Source: an uncultured delta proteobacterium
GTDB lineage: Bacteria > Myxococcota_A > Polyangia > Polyangiales > JAFGIB01
Length of the DNA stretch: 64,000 bases
NCBI GenBank assembly: GCA_963778655.1
Contig: CAVZVA010000009.1
Coordinates: forward strand, 1-64,000
Reading direction: 5' to 3'
Shown here piece after piece: positions 1 to 11,998 of this stretch. The translations under genes were made by a program, and so were the position numbers. The notes beneath the pieces were generated by a model that was not told where the DNA came from, searched no databases, and worked only from the letters and a program-made list of their open reading frames with translations. Each line of letters opens with the position of its first letter. Positions within the stretch are counted from its first letter, which is position 1.

Positions 1-453
1 CGGGTCGACCACTGCCAGCGGCTGGCCAAGCTCATCACCGCCGCCGGCATCGAGGCCGTGCCGCTCACCAGCAAGGTCGCCAAGCACAAGCGCAGCGGCA
101 TTCTCGACCGTTTCCGCGACGGCTCACTCAAGGTGGTCTGCGCCACATCGCTCGCCGACGAGGGCCTCGACATCTCCCGCCTCGAGCGGCTCGTGCTCGC
201 GACGCCGGCTCGTGCCGAGGGTCGCACCATCCAGCGGCTCGGTCGGCTGATGCGGCCCCACCCAGGCAAGCGCACGCCGGTGCTCTACGACCTGGTCGAC
301 GACATTCCGCTCGCGCGCCGGCAGTTCGCCGCGCGGAAGCGAGCCTATCGCAAGGTACTCGGGACCGAGGCCCTCCAGAGGTCCAGCACCCAACGCCAGA
401 CCTTCACTGCACCGGAGGGCAACGATGAACCGTGGCGCGCCATGGCGTGCTGA
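1..453 (+). CDS. SF2 (DEAD/ResIII-type) helicase, C-terminal part (5' end outside window)
   Basis: Helicase_C motifs [14 protein letters not shown] and [10 protein letters not shown]; frame open from base 1. Confidence 0.8.
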   Translation, partial: RVDHCQRLAKLITAAGIEAVPLTSKVAKHKRSGILDRFRDGSLKVVCATSLADEGLDISRLERLVLATPARAEGRTIQRLGRLMRPHPGKRTPVLYDLVDDIPLARRQFAARKRAYRKVLGTEALQRSSTQRQTFTAPEGNDEPWRAMAC

Positions 454-487
454 AGCACGCCTTCAGACCAAGGCGCGGAGGTAGCCG

Positions 488-3590
<3,103 letters not shown>

Positions 3591-3661
3591 TGTCGCGGCT
3601 CGACCTTCGGCTCTCGCGCTCGTCAACCGGAGGCAACGGCTTGGATTTGCTGAGAGAAGCC

Positions 3662-3701
3662 CCTTGCTGTGGCCGGCAAAGAACGCCTGCATGTGTTCAC
3701 G
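3662..3701 (+). promoter_or_regulatory. Motif A copy (CCTTGC-N20-TGCATG) upstream of DUF2924-recombinase operon
   Basis: CCTTGCTGTGGCCGGCAAAGAACGCCTGCATGTGTTCACG aligns without gaps to the copies at 34.6-39.3 kb and is followed by the same GGAGGACGACGAC RBS region. Confidence 0.65.
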
Positions 3702-3747
3702 GGCTCAGACCATGGTGGTCGGGCCTCGGCACGGAGGACGACGACGG

Positions 3748-4269
3748 ATGACCATGCCCCAGAAGAAGACGATCGAAGGCAGCATGGCCGCCGAGATCGC
3801 GGCCCTGCGCAAGCTCTCGGTGACCGAGCTCCAGCAACGCTACCGCGTGTTCTTCGGTCACGAGAGCCGCAGCCACAACCGCGCCTGGTTGTTCAAGAAG
3901 GTGGCGTTCCGCATGCAGGAGGCCCGGCGCGGCGGACTGAGCGAGCGAGCCCGGCGGCGCGCTCAGGAGCTTGCCAAAGACTCGTTCTTGCGCGCCCGGC
4001 CGCCGGCCGACTTCGACCCAGCACCCGCACCGCCCCCACAACCGCATCCGCTTGATCCGCGACTACCCGCGGTCGACACCGTGCTCACCAAGGAGCATGG
4101 CGGCGAGCTGCACGAAATCACCGTGCTCGCCGATGGCTTCGAGTACCGGGGCGAAACCTACCCGAGCCTGTCGCGCATCGCGAAGGTCGTCACAGGCACC
4201 TCGTGGAATGGCTTCCTGTGGCTCGGCCTCGACAAGCGCAAGCGTGGCAAGAAGGAGGCGACCGCGTGA
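3748..4269 (+). CDS. DUF2924 domain protein
   Basis: LRKLSVTELQQRY...FEYRGETYPSLSRIAKVVTGTSWNG pattern; directly upstream of a serine recombinase; SD GGAGG 3733-3737. Confidence 0.85.
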   Translation: MTMPQKKTIEGSMAAEIAALRKLSVTELQQRYRVFFGHESRSHNRAWLFKKVAFRMQEARRGGLSERARRRAQELAKDSFLRARPPADFDPAPAPPPQPHPLDPRLPAVDTVLTKEHGGELHEITVLADGFEYRGETYPSLSRIAKVVTGTSWNGFLWLGLDKRKRGKKEATA

Positions 4270-5864
4270 TCAACGGCACCGAGAGGAAGCAGCTGCGCTG
4301 TGCGATCTACACGCGCAAGTCCACCAACGAAAACCTCGACATGGACTTCAACACGCTGGACGCCCAGCGCGAGGCCGGCGAGATCTTCGTGAAGGCCCAG
4401 GCCCACCAGGGTTGGACGGTACTGCCTGACCGCTATGACGACGGTGGCTTTACCGGCGGCAACATGGAGAGGCCGGCGGTGCAGCGGCTTCTCAAGGACA
4501 TCGACGACGGCAAGATGGACTGCGTGGTCGTGTACAAGGTCGACCGTCTCAGCCGCTCGCTTCTCGACTTCGCCCGCCTGATGGAGACCTTCGAGCAGAA
4601 GGGCATCTCGTTCGTCTCGACGACCCAGCAGTTCAATACGGCCACGCCCATCGGCAGGCTGACGCTTCACCTCCTGCTTTCGTTCGCCCAGTTCGAGCGC
4701 GAGATGATCAGCGAGCGTACGCGCGACAAGATGGCCGCTGCCCGCAGGCGAGGAAAGTGGGTCGGTGGCCCACCGGTGCTCGGCTACCGTATCGACCGCG
4801 TGCTGCGAAAGCTCGAGGTCATCCCCGAGGAAGCCGAGCAGGTGAAGACCATCTTCGAGATCTACCTACGCATGCGATCGATGCGCGCGGTGATGCAGCA
4901 GGTCGACGCCTTCGGCTGGAGGAAGAAGCGCTACGAGACCAAGACCGGCAAGTGGACCGGCGGCGGACGCTTCGACGAGAACACCATCCACCGCATCCTC
5001 CGCAACCGCACCTACACCGGCTGCGTCGTCTACAAGGGCGAGGTCCACGACGGCGAGCACGACGCGATCGTCGACGCCGAGACCTTCGAGCGGGTTCAGT
5101 CGCTCATCGACTCCAAGCGGTGTGGCCGCGGGCCGAGGCGGCAGCGCAACTTCGACTACATCCTGCAGGGCGTCCTCTACTGCGCCTGCGAGGGAAGCAT
5201 GACCACGGTGAACGGCACCGGCCGCAACGGCACCGTTCACCGCTACTACCGCTGCTACAAGCAGACGCGCGGACCGGGCTGCACCTGCACCCACCCGCGC
5301 GTGCCCGCCGTCGACATCGAGCCCGTCATTATCGACAGGATCCGCGAAGTGTGTGCCGACCCGGCCGTGCGCACCGCGGTGGCAAGGCGCCTGCAGTGGG
5401 GCAAGGAGCAGTCGGGCCGCGCCATCGCCCTCGAGCGCGACGTCATCCAAAAGCGCATCGATGAGCTGGGCAAGGAGGGGCAGGATCTGCTCACCTTCGT
5501 ACGCGAGTCGGGTGGCAAGGCCGGCGCCACCGTCTCCGACCGACTCACCAAGCTCGAGCTCGCGCTCGATGAAGAGCGTCTACGCGCGGGCGAGCTAGAC
5601 AATCGCCTCCGGGGCCTCAGCGCCGCCGTCGGCCGAGTGCAGAGCGCCCTCAATCTGTTGGCCAACTTCAGCGAGGTCTGGGAGGTGCTGGTGCCCGAAG
5701 AGCGCTGCGACCTCGTCAAGCTCTTGATCGAGCGCATCGACGTGGACGTCCCAGCGGGCGAGCTGAAGATCACCTTGCACGACCTCGCCGACGGCATGCC
5801 TGAGCTGTCCGAGATCAACCCCGCACCCACGCCGGTGCTCGCCGAGGGAGCGATCGCACCATGA
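4266..5864 (+). CDS. Large serine recombinase (integrase)
   Basis: CAIYTRKST catalytic Ser motif, VYKVDRLSRS, recombinase domain, Zn ribbon (CAC...YYRC...C), coiled coil; GTG start overlaps the DUF2924 stop. Confidence 0.95.
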   Translation: MINGTERKQLRCAIYTRKSTNENLDMDFNTLDAQREAGEIFVKAQAHQGWTVLPDRYDDGGFTGGNMERPAVQRLLKDIDDGKMDCVVVYKVDRLSRSLLDFARLMETFEQKGISFVSTTQQFNTATPIGRLTLHLLLSFAQFEREMISERTRDKMAAARRRGKWVGGPPVLGYRIDRVLRKLEVIPEEAEQVKTIFEIYLRMRSMRAVMQQVDAFGWRKKRYETKTGKWTGGGRFDENTIHRILRNRTYTGCVVYKGEVHDGEHDAIVDAETFERVQSLIDSKRCGRGPRRQRNFDYILQGVLYCACEGSMTTVNGTGRNGTVHRYYRCYKQTRGPGCTCTHPRVPAVDIEPVIIDRIREVCADPAVRTAVARRLQWGKEQSGRAIALERDVIQKRIDELGKEGQDLLTFVRESGGKAGATVSDRLTKLELALDEERLRAGELDNRLRGLSAAVGRVQSALNLLANFSEVWEVLVPEERCDLVKLLIERIDVDVPAGELKITLHDLADGMPELSEINPAPTPVLAEGAIAP

Positions 5865-6277
5865 GCAAGGTGGTCGAGACCCTGGCCTTCAAGCCGCGCC
5901 ACCACAAGCAGCGCAGCCGAGCCGCCGAACGCGAAGAGGGCCTCCACACCCCACACCCGGCCCGTGTCGCCCGCCTCCTCGCCCTGGCCCACGACATCGA
6001 AGCCCGGATCGAAGCCGGCGAGTTCCGCGACTACGCCGACGTGGCCCAGGCCCACGGCCTCACCCGGGCTCGGCTCACCCAGGTGATGAACCTGCTGCTG
6101 CTGGCTCCCTCGATCCAGGAGGACGTGCTCCACCTCGAGGTCCTGCCCGGCCGCGAGCCGATCACCGAGCGGGACCTCCGGCGGGTGCTCGCGAGCCTGC
6201 TTTGGGAGGAGCAAGTCGCTGTTTGGCGCGATTTCAGGCACTTGCCGAAGACTGCTCGAGCCGATGACCGACTCTAG
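5861..6277 (+). CDS. Recombinase-associated HTH protein
   Basis: ATGA overlap with recombinase; DYADVAQAHGLTRARLTQVMNLLLLAPSIQE HTH-like motif typical of DUF2924-recombinase modules. Confidence 0.7.
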   Translation: MSKVVETLAFKPRHHKQRSRAAEREEGLHTPHPARVARLLALAHDIEARIEAGEFRDYADVAQAHGLTRARLTQVMNLLLLAPSIQEDVLHLEVLPGREPITERDLRRVLASLLWEEQVAVWRDFRHLPKTARADDRL

Positions 6278-6431
6278 CCGACTTACGTAGGCACAGAGCC
6301 GCATCGCTACGCTCTTGAGCGGAAGGGTCGGCAATGATAATCTGGCGCCCCCGTAGACACCTGCGGGTTCGCCGGAATTGGGGGACCGGTCATCCTCCCG
6401 GCGTCCGCACTTGGCGCTGAGAGGAAATGGA

Positions 6432-6641
6432 TTGTCCACCGAACCCTGGGTCTCCGTCGAAGACGTCGCCAAACATCTGAGCGTCGCGAAGGACTCCGTC
6501 TACCGCTGGATCGAGCACCGGGGTCTGCCCGCGCACAAGGTTGGCCGCCTCTGGAAGTTCAAGCTCTCCGAGATCGATGAGTGGGTTCGCGCCGGGGGCG
6601 CTGATGCGGCCGACACCCCAAAGCCCAGGAGGGCGAAGTGA
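6432..6641 (+). CDS. Excisionase-family HTH_17 protein (MAD1-like regulator heading the defence operon)
   Basis: EPWVSVEDVAKHLSVAKDSVYRWIEHRGLPAHKVGRLWKFKLSEIDEWV; TTG start inferred after GAGGA. Confidence 0.85.
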   Translation: MSTEPWVSVEDVAKHLSVAKDSVYRWIEHRGLPAHKVGRLWKFKLSEIDEWVRAGGADAADTPKPRRAK

Positions 6642-9600
6642 AAGCGCGCAGCATGGATGTCTTCTCGCTGCGGGACACCGTGGTCGATGAGTACAAGAAG
6701 TTCGCCACCTCGTTCACCAGCATCCACGCCGAGGACATCCGCCAGCAGGTCGATGCCATCTACGCCAAGGAGCGCTACTGGCCCGAGCCGCTGATCCAGA
6801 TCAACCCGAACTATCGGCGAACGACCACAGTCCAGAAACTCATCGAGCAGGGCACGATCCACCCGACCTGCGTCGACATCTTCCGCACGGCCGCGACCGC
6901 CGATGCCCCGCAGGGTGAACCGCTCGCGCTCTACAAGCACCAAGAGCAGGCCATCGCCCTCGCGTCCGGAGGAGAGAGCTACGTCGTCACCACCGGCACC
7001 GGCTCCGGCAAGTCGCTTTGCTTCTTTATCCCCATCGTCGATGCGGTGCTCAAGGAGAAGCAGCGCGGTGGTCCCGCACGAACCCGCGCCATCATCATCT
7101 ATCCGATGAACGCGCTGGCCAACAGCCAGCTGGAAGAGCTCGCCAAGTACGTCGGAAATGTTCCAGGCAAGCGGCCCGTGACATTCGCCCGTTACACCGG
7201 TCAGGAAGATGCCGAAGAGCGCCAGCGCATCTCCGAGAATCCACCGGACATCCTGCTGACGAACTTCATGATGCTTGAGCTGCTCATGACCCGGCAGGAC
7301 GAGGTGGATCGGCGCGTGATCGGCAACTGCGTGGGCCTTCGTTTCCTGGTCCTCGACGAGCTCCACACCTACCGCGGTCGACAAGGTGCTGACGTCGCTT
7401 TGCTGGTTCGGCGCGTTCGTGAGCGCCTCTCGCCCGATCGCCTCCAGTGCATCGGCACATCGGCCACTATGGCCAGCGAAGGCTCCCTTGAGGACAAGAG
7501 CCGCGTGGTCGCCGAAGTCGCATCGAAGCTCTTTGCCGTCGACATCCCCGAGAGCAACGTCATCGTCGAGACCCTGGAGCGTGTGACCGACGCGAGCCAG
7601 AACGAAACGTCGGTAAAGCCGGCCCTCGCGGCGACAATCGACACTGGCATTGCCCCGGACATCACCGATGAAACGCTCCGGGGTCACCCGCTCGCCATCT
7701 GGGTCGAGACGCGCCTCGGCGTCTCCTGGTCCGATGTTGATCAGCGCTGGCTCCGCGCCCGTCCGCTCACGGTGACCGAAGCTGTCGAAGCCCTCGCGGC
7801 CGACTCGGGCCGCTCTAAAGACGCGTGCCGCCGCGCCCTGCGCGACCTCTTGTTGGTTTCGAGCGTTCCCGAGGTTGACCGCCGCGGTTCGGAGCACGGC
7901 AGCGTGCGCAGCTTCTTTGCCTTCAAGCTCCACCAGTTCTTCTCCGGCGCCGGTCACGCCTACGCCACCCTCGAAGCGCCCGGTCGTCGCACCGTCACCG
8001 TCGACGGCCAGCAGTTCCTCCCCGGTGATCCGGACAAGCGGCTCTACCCAGTTCACTTCTGCCGCGACTGCGGGCACGAGTACCACCCGGTGCGCTACGT
8101 CATCGAAGACGGTCAGCGTATGTTCCTGGCCCGCGACATCGACGACGCCGCGCCCGCCCGTCCCGATGACGAGGATTTGTCTGATATTGAGAGCGAGGAC
8201 AGCCCCGACCGCCAGGTCTTCGGCTTCCTCACTCCGCACGCCACCGACGTCGACTTCACCTTCGCCGACCGCGAGGAGGACTACCCGGAGACCTGGCTGG
8301 AGTTCGACGCCGCCGGCAACCCGCGCATCAAGTCGCACTATCGTCCTGCGCGGCCGCAGGCCGCCACTGTGGCTCCCAACGGCACGCTCGGCTCCGGTAC
8401 GCGCGCGTGGTTCATACCAGGCAAGTTCCGCTTCTGCCTTCGCTGCGGTGTCACCCAGGGTGGGGCCGCCAAGGATCGCAACCGCCTCGCCTCGCTCTCA
8501 GCAGAAGGTCGAAGCTCGGCCACGACCGTGCTTGTCGGTAGTACGCTGCGCTGGATGCATGGGGAGGCATCCGGCCTCGCGCCACACAAGCGAAAACTTC
8601 TAGGTTTCACCGACAACCGTCAGGACGCGGCACTACAGGCGGGCCACTTCAACGACTTCCTCTTCGTGAGCCTCATCCGTGCCGGGTTCCTCGGCGCTCT
8701 TGAAGCCGCCGGCGACGCGGGCCTTCGCAGCGACGAACTCGGCGCCGCCCAGCAGAAGGCCCTCAGCTTCGACCAGCCAACTGCAGACATCCGTGCCGAG
8801 TGGCTACTCGAGCCCACTCTGCGTGGCTTCAACCTGCAAGAGGCCGAGGCCACGCTGCGCCAGGTGCTCTCCTATCGCGTTTGGTTCGACCAGCGCCGGG
8901 GCTGGCGCTTCACCCACCCCAACCTCGAACAGCTCGGGCTTCTCACCGTCGACTACCTCGGTCTCGACGAGTTGGCGGCCGATGACGAGCTCTTCGCCGG
9001 CGCGCCCGACGTCCTACGTCACGCGACACCCCAGGTGCGCGCGGCCGTCTATCGCGAGCTGCTTGACCACCTGCGCCAATCAATGGCGATTCGCAGCCAC
9101 TTCCTCGAGCCGACGGTCATCGACCAGATGCTCGCCAAGTCGCATAGCCGACTGCGAGCCCCATGGGGCTTTGGACTCGACGAACAGCCTCGTCGCTCGC
9201 GCTGGTTACTCATTACCTCACCACCGCGCCGTAGCAACACGCTGCGCGACGAGGACCTCATCGTCCGCGGTGGGTCGCGCAGTTCACTGGGGAAGACCCT
9301 GCGCGCCTCAAAACTTTGGGACGGCAACATGGCCATCCGCGAGCTCAAGTCCAAAGACTTCGACGCCCTGGTCGAGAGCCTGCTGCGCGCCGCATCGACT
9401 CACGGCCTCGTCTCCGAAGAGGTCACGCTCTTCGACAACATCACCGGCTGGAAGCTAAACGACGCCTGCGTGCGCTTTCGTGTGGCCGACGCATCGGGCA
9501 CCGAGCGTCGCTCGGGCGAGAACGCCTTCTTCCGCGATTTCTACGCCAACCTCGCCCAGCTTCTGCGTGCACCCTCTCATCCTCTTTTCGGGTTCGAGGC

Positions 9601-11995
9601 GCGCGAGCACACCGCCCAGGTCGACTCCGAGAAGCGCCAGATCCGCGAGATGCGCTTCCGCTACGGCCACAAGGAGGTCGAGGAGCTTGAGGCCGACGAA
9701 AAACACCTCCGCGAGATCGGCGAGAACAAACGCTTCCTACCTGTGCTGTTCTGCTCACCGACCATGGAGCTCGGCGTCGACATCTCCGAGCTGAATGCCG
9801 TCTACCTGCGCAACGTGCCGCCGACGCCCGCCAACTACGCCCAGCGCAGTGGTCGTGCCGGCCGCAGTGGGCAAGCCGCCTTGGTGCTCACCTATTCGTC
9901 AGCGCAAGGCCCCCACGACCAATACTTCTTTCGCGATCCGAAGGCGATGGTGCACGGCGAGGTACGTCCGCCCCTGCTTGACCTTGCCAACCGCGACCTG
10001 GTCGACAGCCATCTGCAGGCGGTGTGGCTTGCCTGCACCGAGTACCCGCTCGACCCGTCCATATCGGAGCTGCTCGTGCTCCCGGATCCGGCGCGTCCGC
10101 TTCGGCCCGAGGTACGCGAGCCGATGGACAAGGCCCGCGTTGCTGAACAGGCCATCGAGCGCATCCGGCGCCTGCTCGATCTGCTGCAGGACGAGCTGAC
10201 GCCCGAGCTTGCGCCCTGGTATCCGGGGCGCGACACCTATGCGAACGAGGTCGTGTCGAACAGCCTCGCGAGCCTCGACAAGGCGTTCCATCGCTGGCGC
10301 GATCTGTTCACTGCCGCTGAGCAGCAGCGCGACGCCGCCAGGCGCACCATGGATGACTACGCGGCCCCGCAGCGAGAGAAGCGCGCCGCCCAGAGCCGTC
10401 ACGCCCAGGCCATTGACCAGCTCAACCTCCTACAGAAGGGGGACAGCGCTCGCTCGAGCGACTTCTACACGTACCGTTATCTCGCCACCGAGGGCTTCCT
10501 CCCCGGCTACAACTTCCCGCGCTTGCCGCTGATGGCCTACGTCCCGGCGACCAGCGATGGGCGTGGACGCCAGGCGTACCTGCAGCGCCCGCGCTTTCTG
10601 GCTCTTTCGGAGTTCGGGCCACGCAGCCTGGTCTACCACGAGGGCCGCTCGTACCGGGTCGTGCGAGCGCTGCTCGCCCTCGGACATCGCGATAGCGCTA
10701 CGGCCGACGTTCTGCTGCCCACCATGACCGCCCGCATCTGCCGAACGTGTGGAGCCGGTCACTTCAGCGACGAACTATCGATGTGCCACGGCTGCGGTGA
10801 GTCGCTTGGCACCGCCGAGATCGTCAACCACATCTACCGGATCGAGAACGTCGCGACTCAGCCGACGGAGCGTATCACCGCCAACGATGAAGAGCGCCAG
10901 CGCCAGGGCTTCGAGCTCCAGACCACGTTCGAATGGGCTATTCGCGATGGCACAGTGGACGCCCGCAACGGCATGGTCGCCGACCAGGGCGAAGGCAGCG
11001 AGATCGTGCGCCTCGCCTACGGTCCGGGCGCAACCATCACCCGCATCAACAAAGGCCTGAGGCGTCGTGCTGATCGCACCCAGTACGGCTTTCGGATTGA
11101 TCCGGTGTCGGGTTACTGGGCGAAGAACGAGGACGAGGCAGAGGAAACTGATCCCACCGCTGCGCCCCGACAGTGGATCGTTCCCTGTGTACGCGACCGC
11201 AAGAACGCGCTTCTCCTGCAGCCCAGCGAGCAGGAGATTTCCCAAACCACGCTCACCACGATTCAGCACGCGATGCTCCGCGGCATCGAGACGGTCTTTC
11301 AGCTCGAGCAAGGCGAGATTCTCGCCGAGCCCATGCCCACCCGTGACGAACGCAACGGCTTTCTGCTCTACGAGGCCGCCGAAGGCGGGGCGGGTGTGCT
11401 CAATCGACTCGTCGGCGAGCCCGAAACCATAGCGAGCGTCGCCCGCCAAGCGCTCTCGATCATGCATTTCGACGTCCTCGACCCGGCGCCGCTACCCGAC
11501 GACATTCATGACCTCAGCGACGTCGAAGGGACTTCTTGCGTCGCCGCCTGTTACCGCTGCCTGATGTCCTACTACAACCAGCCCGATCACGAGCTACTCG
11601 ATCGTCGCGATGACAAGGCCCGGGAGCTACTCCTTCGACTGGCGCGGGCGCGGACTACGCTCAGAGAGCGTGCCGTCTCACGCCACCCGAGCGCTCGCCC
11701 GAGCGCGCCGCCACCTCACGCCGATGGCGTGCACACTCGCTTCCTCGAGCTTGCCCGAGCGCGCGAGCTAGAGCTCCCCGATGAGGCACCCCTCGTCGAA
11801 GCGGGCGTCATCGTACCGCTGGTGTGGCGCACCCATTATGTCGCCGCCAGCTTCGAGCCTGTCACCGATGACGCGCGCGCGAGGCTCGAAGACAAGGGCT
11901 TCGCGGTATTCGTGCTGGGCACGAGCGAGGCTGACTGGGACACCGCGTTGGCACAGCTCGCCAAGGCCCTCGGCAAGACCAACGGGGGCAGCTGA
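6638..11995 (+). CDS. Large DEAD/DEAH helicase with C-terminal DUF1998 (MrfA-like Zn-binding) domain, DISARM DrmA/B- or DruE-like
   Basis: TGTGSGKS, LDELHTY, SAT, SPTMELGVDI, YAQRSGRAGR, YEAAEGGAG, CVAACYRCL. Confidence 0.9.
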   Translation: MKARSMDVFSLRDTVVDEYKKFATSFTSIHAEDIRQQVDAIYAKERYWPEPLIQINPNYRRTTTVQKLIEQGTIHPTCVDIFRTAATADAPQGEPLALYKHQEQAIALASGGESYVVTTGTGSGKSLCFFIPIVDAVLKEKQRGGPARTRAIIIYPMNALANSQLEELAKYVGNVPGKRPVTFARYTGQEDAEERQRISENPPDILLTNFMMLELLMTRQDEVDRRVIGNCVGLRFLVLDELHTYRGRQGADVALLVRRVRERLSPDRLQCIGTSATMASEGSLEDKSRVVAEVASKLFAVDIPESNVIVETLERVTDASQNETSVKPALAATIDTGIAPDITDETLRGHPLAIWVETRLGVSWSDVDQRWLRARPLTVTEAVEALAADSGRSKDACRRALRDLLLVSSVPEVDRRGSEHGSVRSFFAFKLHQFFSGAGHAYATLEAPGRRTVTVDGQQFLPGDPDKRLYPVHFCRDCGHEYHPVRYVIEDGQRMFLARDIDDAAPARPDDEDLSDIESEDSPDRQVFGFLTPHATDVDFTFADREEDYPETWLEFDAAGNPRIKSHYRPARPQAATVAPNGTLGSGTRAWFIPGKFRFCLRCGVTQGGAAKDRNRLASLSAEGRSSATTVLVGSTLRWMHGEASGLAPHKRKLLGFTDNRQDAALQAGHFNDFLFVSLIRAGFLGALEAAGDAGLRSDELGAAQQKALSFDQPTADIRAEWLLEPTLRGFNLQEAEATLRQVLSYRVWFDQRRGWRFTHPNLEQLGLLTVDYLGLDELAADDELFAGAPDVLRHATPQVRAAVYRELLDHLRQSMAIRSHFLEPTVIDQMLAKSHSRLRAPWGFGLDEQPRRSRWLLITSPPRRSNTLRDEDLIVRGGSRSSLGKTLRASKLWDGNMAIRELKSKDFDALVESLLRAASTHGLVSEEVTLFDNITGWKLNDACVRFRVADASGTERRSGENAFFRDFYANLAQLLRAPSHPLFGFEAREHTAQVDSEKRQIREMRFRYGHKEVEELEADEKHLREIGENKRFLPVLFCSPTMELGVDISELNAVYLRNVPPTPANYAQRSGRAGRSGQAALVLTYSSAQGPHDQYFFRDPKAMVHGEVRPPLLDLANRDLVDSHLQAVWLACTEYPLDPSISELLVLPDPARPLRPEVREPMDKARVAEQAIERIRRLLDLLQDELTPELAPWYPGRDTYANEVVSNSLASLDKAFHRWRDLFTAAEQQRDAARRTMDDYAAPQREKRAAQSRHAQAIDQLNLLQKGDSARSSDFYTYRYLATEGFLPGYNFPRLPLMAYVPATSDGRGRQAYLQRPRFLALSEFGPRSLVYHEGRSYRVVRALLALGHRDSATADVLLPTMTARICRTCGAGHFSDELSMCHGCGESLGTAEIVNHIYRIENVATQPTERITANDEERQRQGFELQTTFEWAIRDGTVDARNGMVADQGEGSEIVRLAYGPGATITRINKGLRRRADRTQYGFRIDPVSGYWAKNEDEAEETDPTAAPRQWIVPCVRDRKNALLLQPSEQEISQTTLTTIQHAMLRGIETVFQLEQGEILAEPMPTRDERNGFLLYEAAEGGAGVLNRLVGEPETIASVARQALSIMHFDVLDPAPLPDDIHDLSDVEGTSCVAACYRCLMSYYNQPDHELLDRRDDKARELLLRLARARTTLRERAVSRHPSARPSAPPPHADGVHTRFLELARARELELPDEAPLVEAGVIVPLVWRTHYVAASFEPVTDDARARLEDKGFAVFVLGTSEADWDTALAQLAKALGKTNGGS

Positions 11996-11998
11996 TCC

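Noticed and set aside
6315..6341. Sigma-70 promoter TTGAGC-N15-GATAAT before the HTH gene
   Set aside because: Spacing short and single instance; too weak to call
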